A stretch of 63,073 nucleotides of DNA, counting the filler, from Kipferlia bialata (taxonomy: Eukaryota): assembly GCA_003568945.1 (NCBI GenBank). It is 7 parts of 6 records of this genome, joined end to end, with 100 filler letters (N's around TTAATTAATTAA, not from the genome) between each part and the next. Parts side by side here need not be neighbours in the genome. Positions count along the whole stretch, not along the records: positions 61,862 to 63,073 come from BDIP01000913.1; 6 more parts are not named here. The stretch is one strand, 5' to 3'. Below, one piece after another: positions 63,027 through 63,073 of the stretch. The notes under the pieces were generated by a model. It made no database searches and was not told where the DNA came from. It worked only from the letters and a program-made list of their open reading frames with translations. The stretch's first letter is position 1. The number at the start of each line of letters is the position of its first letter. A program made the translations under genes and the position numbers.

Positions 63027-63073
63027 GGAGGTGAGGGGGGGGGGGGGGGGGGGGGGGAGTTAAATGATGTTTG

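Overview
Intron-rich eukaryotic draft-genome scaffold, broken by six 100-nt gaps carrying a TTAATTAATTAA linker and one ~0.9-kb N gap. The intron grammar (GT donor; branch point fused to the 3' splice site as CT[C/G/A/T]ACCCC(C)AG), TA/CT-microsatellite introns, RE-repeat proteins and an expanded beta-propeller-like family suggest a free-living fornicate such as Kipferlia (inference). Manual splicing recovers: a PP2A/PP4/PP6-family phosphatase, CFAP298, an MFS-like membrane protein, an AP-1 sigma subunit, intronless RPL10A, a QmcA/SLP-2-type SPFH protein, a large helical-acidic-LRR protein, a CBM48-Arb2/FAM172 fusion, an XRCC3-like Rad51 paralog, a prokaryote-like membrane protein, six members or relics of a beta-propeller-like family, several hypothetical multi-exon genes, and a hAT-type MITE with a perfect 8-bp TSD. 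The main discovery candidate: dozens of ~20-65-nt 'echo' copies of exon ends or exon starts lie in the adjacent intron (once in a 3' UTR), and they differ from the true exon mostly at synonymous positions. In the best case 9 of 21 codons are changed and all are silent, including a TCA/AGT Ser switch. Also seen: chains of 1-nt-loop palindromes and a probable GT-AT intron. All gene models were spliced by eye, without RNA-seq or database searches.
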